A stretch of 64,000 nucleotides of DNA, taken from contig LSRY02000029.1 of assembly GCA_001643675.2 (NCBI GenBank), positions 992,001 to 1,056,000 on the forward strand, in the 5' to 3' direction. Below the pieces are notes generated by a model. That model had not been told where the DNA came from. It did no database searches and saw only the letters and a program-made list of their open reading frames with translations. Origin of the DNA: Monocercomonoides exilis PA203. Its lineage: Eukaryota; Protista; Preaxostyla. Position numbers and translations under genes: made by a program. Of this stretch, positions 61,901 to 64,000 are shown one piece after another. Each line of letters starts with the position of its first letter. Positions within the stretch are counted from its first letter, which is position 1.

Positions 61901-64000
61901 CTGCTATTCTCCACAATGGAAGATACAAATATGAATTCATTCAAGAACCCGAACATCTTCCTCAGCAGATCCTCTTCATCACCATAATTGTTTGATGAAC
62001 AACCCCATATCGCCAGATCCTTCACAAATGGCTCTCCAAAGTTGATCAGGAACTGTGATTCACTTATCTGCGAGTCAAGATTTGTGCATTTCACAAACAC
62101 ATCTCTTCCTTTCAGTGCAACATTCCCCTTGAATGTGATGTTCGACAGCACAAATGGCAAAGTCTTCTGTGCAATACTCTGTGATTTCAAAAACAACCCT
62201 CCGCCTCTTCCAATGTTCGAGCAGAAACATTTTACCACATTCGTGTGGTTCATTTCCAGCTTTCCCCTCTCATTGAGGAGGGAAAACATTCCTCCTCCTT
62301 CATTCGAGCTTGTCGATCCACATTCATCAATCGTTGAGTTCTCAATTATCAATCTCACTTCATTTGTCATATCACAGTAAAGCAATGAAGGGTCATTAAC
62401 AACACTGTGTTTCACATTCAAAAATGAACATTGCTCAATTTAAATATTCCACATCTCTTCTGCATTATCATTCTCCATTCCAGAAATAACACTTTCACTC
62501 ATTTCAATTGCACTTTTTCTGCTCAAAGAAATATCTTCAAATGACACATTATTCATTGTTGTCACACAATCAGCAGATATGCTCATAATCTCATGCATCG
62601 TTGAGAATCCAGTTATCTTTGTCTTTTCAATCTCAACAATTTTTTTTGAAGCAGATATCAGCACAAATGACACTTCATCTTCAGCATTGTCACTCATGTG
62701 AATTGAACATCCTGCAACACTCGTTTTGATTGCATCTGAGCCTGTGTGGATGAGGATGTTTGCCCCATTATTAAAGGTTGTTGGAATCAGCATCCCCACT
62801 TCTTCAAATTGAACAATCCCTTTACATTCAATAACAGGATCCTCATCCCCTTCAAGTGATTGAATAAATTGGATTCTGTCTGATTCTCCATCTGTTCCTT
62901 CAACCTTCATCCCACTCACACTCATTTCACTCCTCACATCACAAACACCTTGAATCGTCATTAGCTCAAGTGATGAATTGCTTCCACGATTCAGCCCATA
63001 ATCAACAGCCTTGCACGGAAGATTTGGAAATCCACACACAACCACATTGTTTCCTTCCTCGGCAACATTCACACTCGATCCCACAGATTTCCAAAAATAG
63101 ATAAGTGGAATTGCGCACTCTCTGTTTCCTTCATCATACCCTCTAATCGAGTCTTCGGTCAGCAACTTCAATCTATCTTTAACAAATGGAAGTGTTTCGT
63201 TTTTGATGCTCGTGATCAGAGACGGAGATGAAATAAATAAATCTTTTCCATATTTAGCATTGTTCGGCTTCTCAAATGAAAAAACAGGTGATGATATCAC
63301 AAACACTGCTTTTCCTTCTTCTTCTTGTTTCAGTATCTTCAGCATTATTCCTCCACCATATCCAACACTTCCCTCTTCATGTGGTGCTGTGCAACAATAA
63401 AACGAACACATATTTATCAAAAGATTCGTTTTCGAAGATGCCTCACAAAAGAGTGCTCCTCCCCCACACTCTTCTTCCTCTCCAACAACAGCACATCCTT
63501 CGAATGTGCAGTCATTTATTTCCACTTTGTAATCTTTTCCATCATTATCATCCCCACTGTTTGCAATGCAGATGCATCCTCCACTTCCCTTCGAACGAGT
63601 GATCGATGAAAATGTGCATCCTGACATCTCTTCAATAATCCCCTCGTGGCACTCAATAACACACCCATCCCAAAATGTGATTTCGGAAAAATCACTTTGA
63701 GTCATGTTTATCGAAGGCACACTTTCAGTATCCCCTTCAACAACAAATATCGATGAATCTCCAATTTTCATATTCTTTGATCCAAATTCACTCGCCTCCA
63801 CAACCCCTCCAACAGCCATCACAAATACTGTCCAAATAGACTCAGTGCCTCCTTCTATCCCACATTCATTCAGTGTGAGCTTCCCAGAATGGCACTCAAA
63901 CACACTTTCATGAAAGGTCAGCGATTTCTTCAAAGAAAATATAACTCCAGTCACAGACACTGGAACCGACTTTCTATCAATCCATTTTGTGTTCCCTCTT
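58945..64000 (-). pseudogene. Receptor-like pseudokinase (beta-helix ectodomain, single TM, degenerate TKL-like domain), 5'-incomplete, with one in-frame TAA at 62440-62442
   Basis: The frame is open from the window edge and reads ..EMWNI*IEQCSFLNVKH.. across the stop. It has GGG(A/M/L)F repeats, the TM YWLLIVIIMAFVLLFILIVAVISTL, and the C-lobe motifs RWKAPE, VFSIGMMLWECLTLDIPF and ERP. No GxGxxG, HRD or DFG is recognisable. Confidence 0.8.

Noticed and set aside
52534-62442. Two in-frame TAA codons suggesting TAA/TAG=Gln reassignment, as known in some oxymonads
   Set aside because: More than 11,000 codons of Gln-rich giant ORFs contain no TAA/TAG, and several genes end at TAA/TAG before AT-rich DNA. 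The standard code fits.

Overview
AT-rich eukaryotic (protist) DNA with short GT-AG introns and the standard genetic code. The style (Ser-microsatellite-inflated giant proteins, beta-helix/TM/pseudokinase family) suggests an oxymonad such as Monocercomonoides; this is inference, not verified. The window has two halves. 1-43.8 kb is gene-dense, with three head-to-head pairs: an AEC/PIN-like transporter with a ~6,330-aa SPAG17/PF6 homologue; an acidic protein with a chimeric gene fusing the SF3B1 N-terminus to a SNIP1/Pml1-type FHA domain; and a ~5,690-aa FYVE-like/ARM protein with a riboflavin kinase. This half ends at a tRNA-Ser(UGA). 43.8-64 kb is an accessory region with nested MITEs, an inverted-repeat-bounded segment carrying a surface-protein pseudogene, a 5.1-kb DD34E Tc1/IS630-type transposon with 396-bp TIRs, and a receptor-like pseudokinase. 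The best candidate for a novel system is the SF3B1(N)-FHA fusion at 23084-24382. It joins two spliceosomal modules that normally interact in trans and predicts a split or rewired SF3B1/RES complex. Homology calls come from remembered motifs, not database searches. Exon structures were reconstructed by hand and checked for frame.
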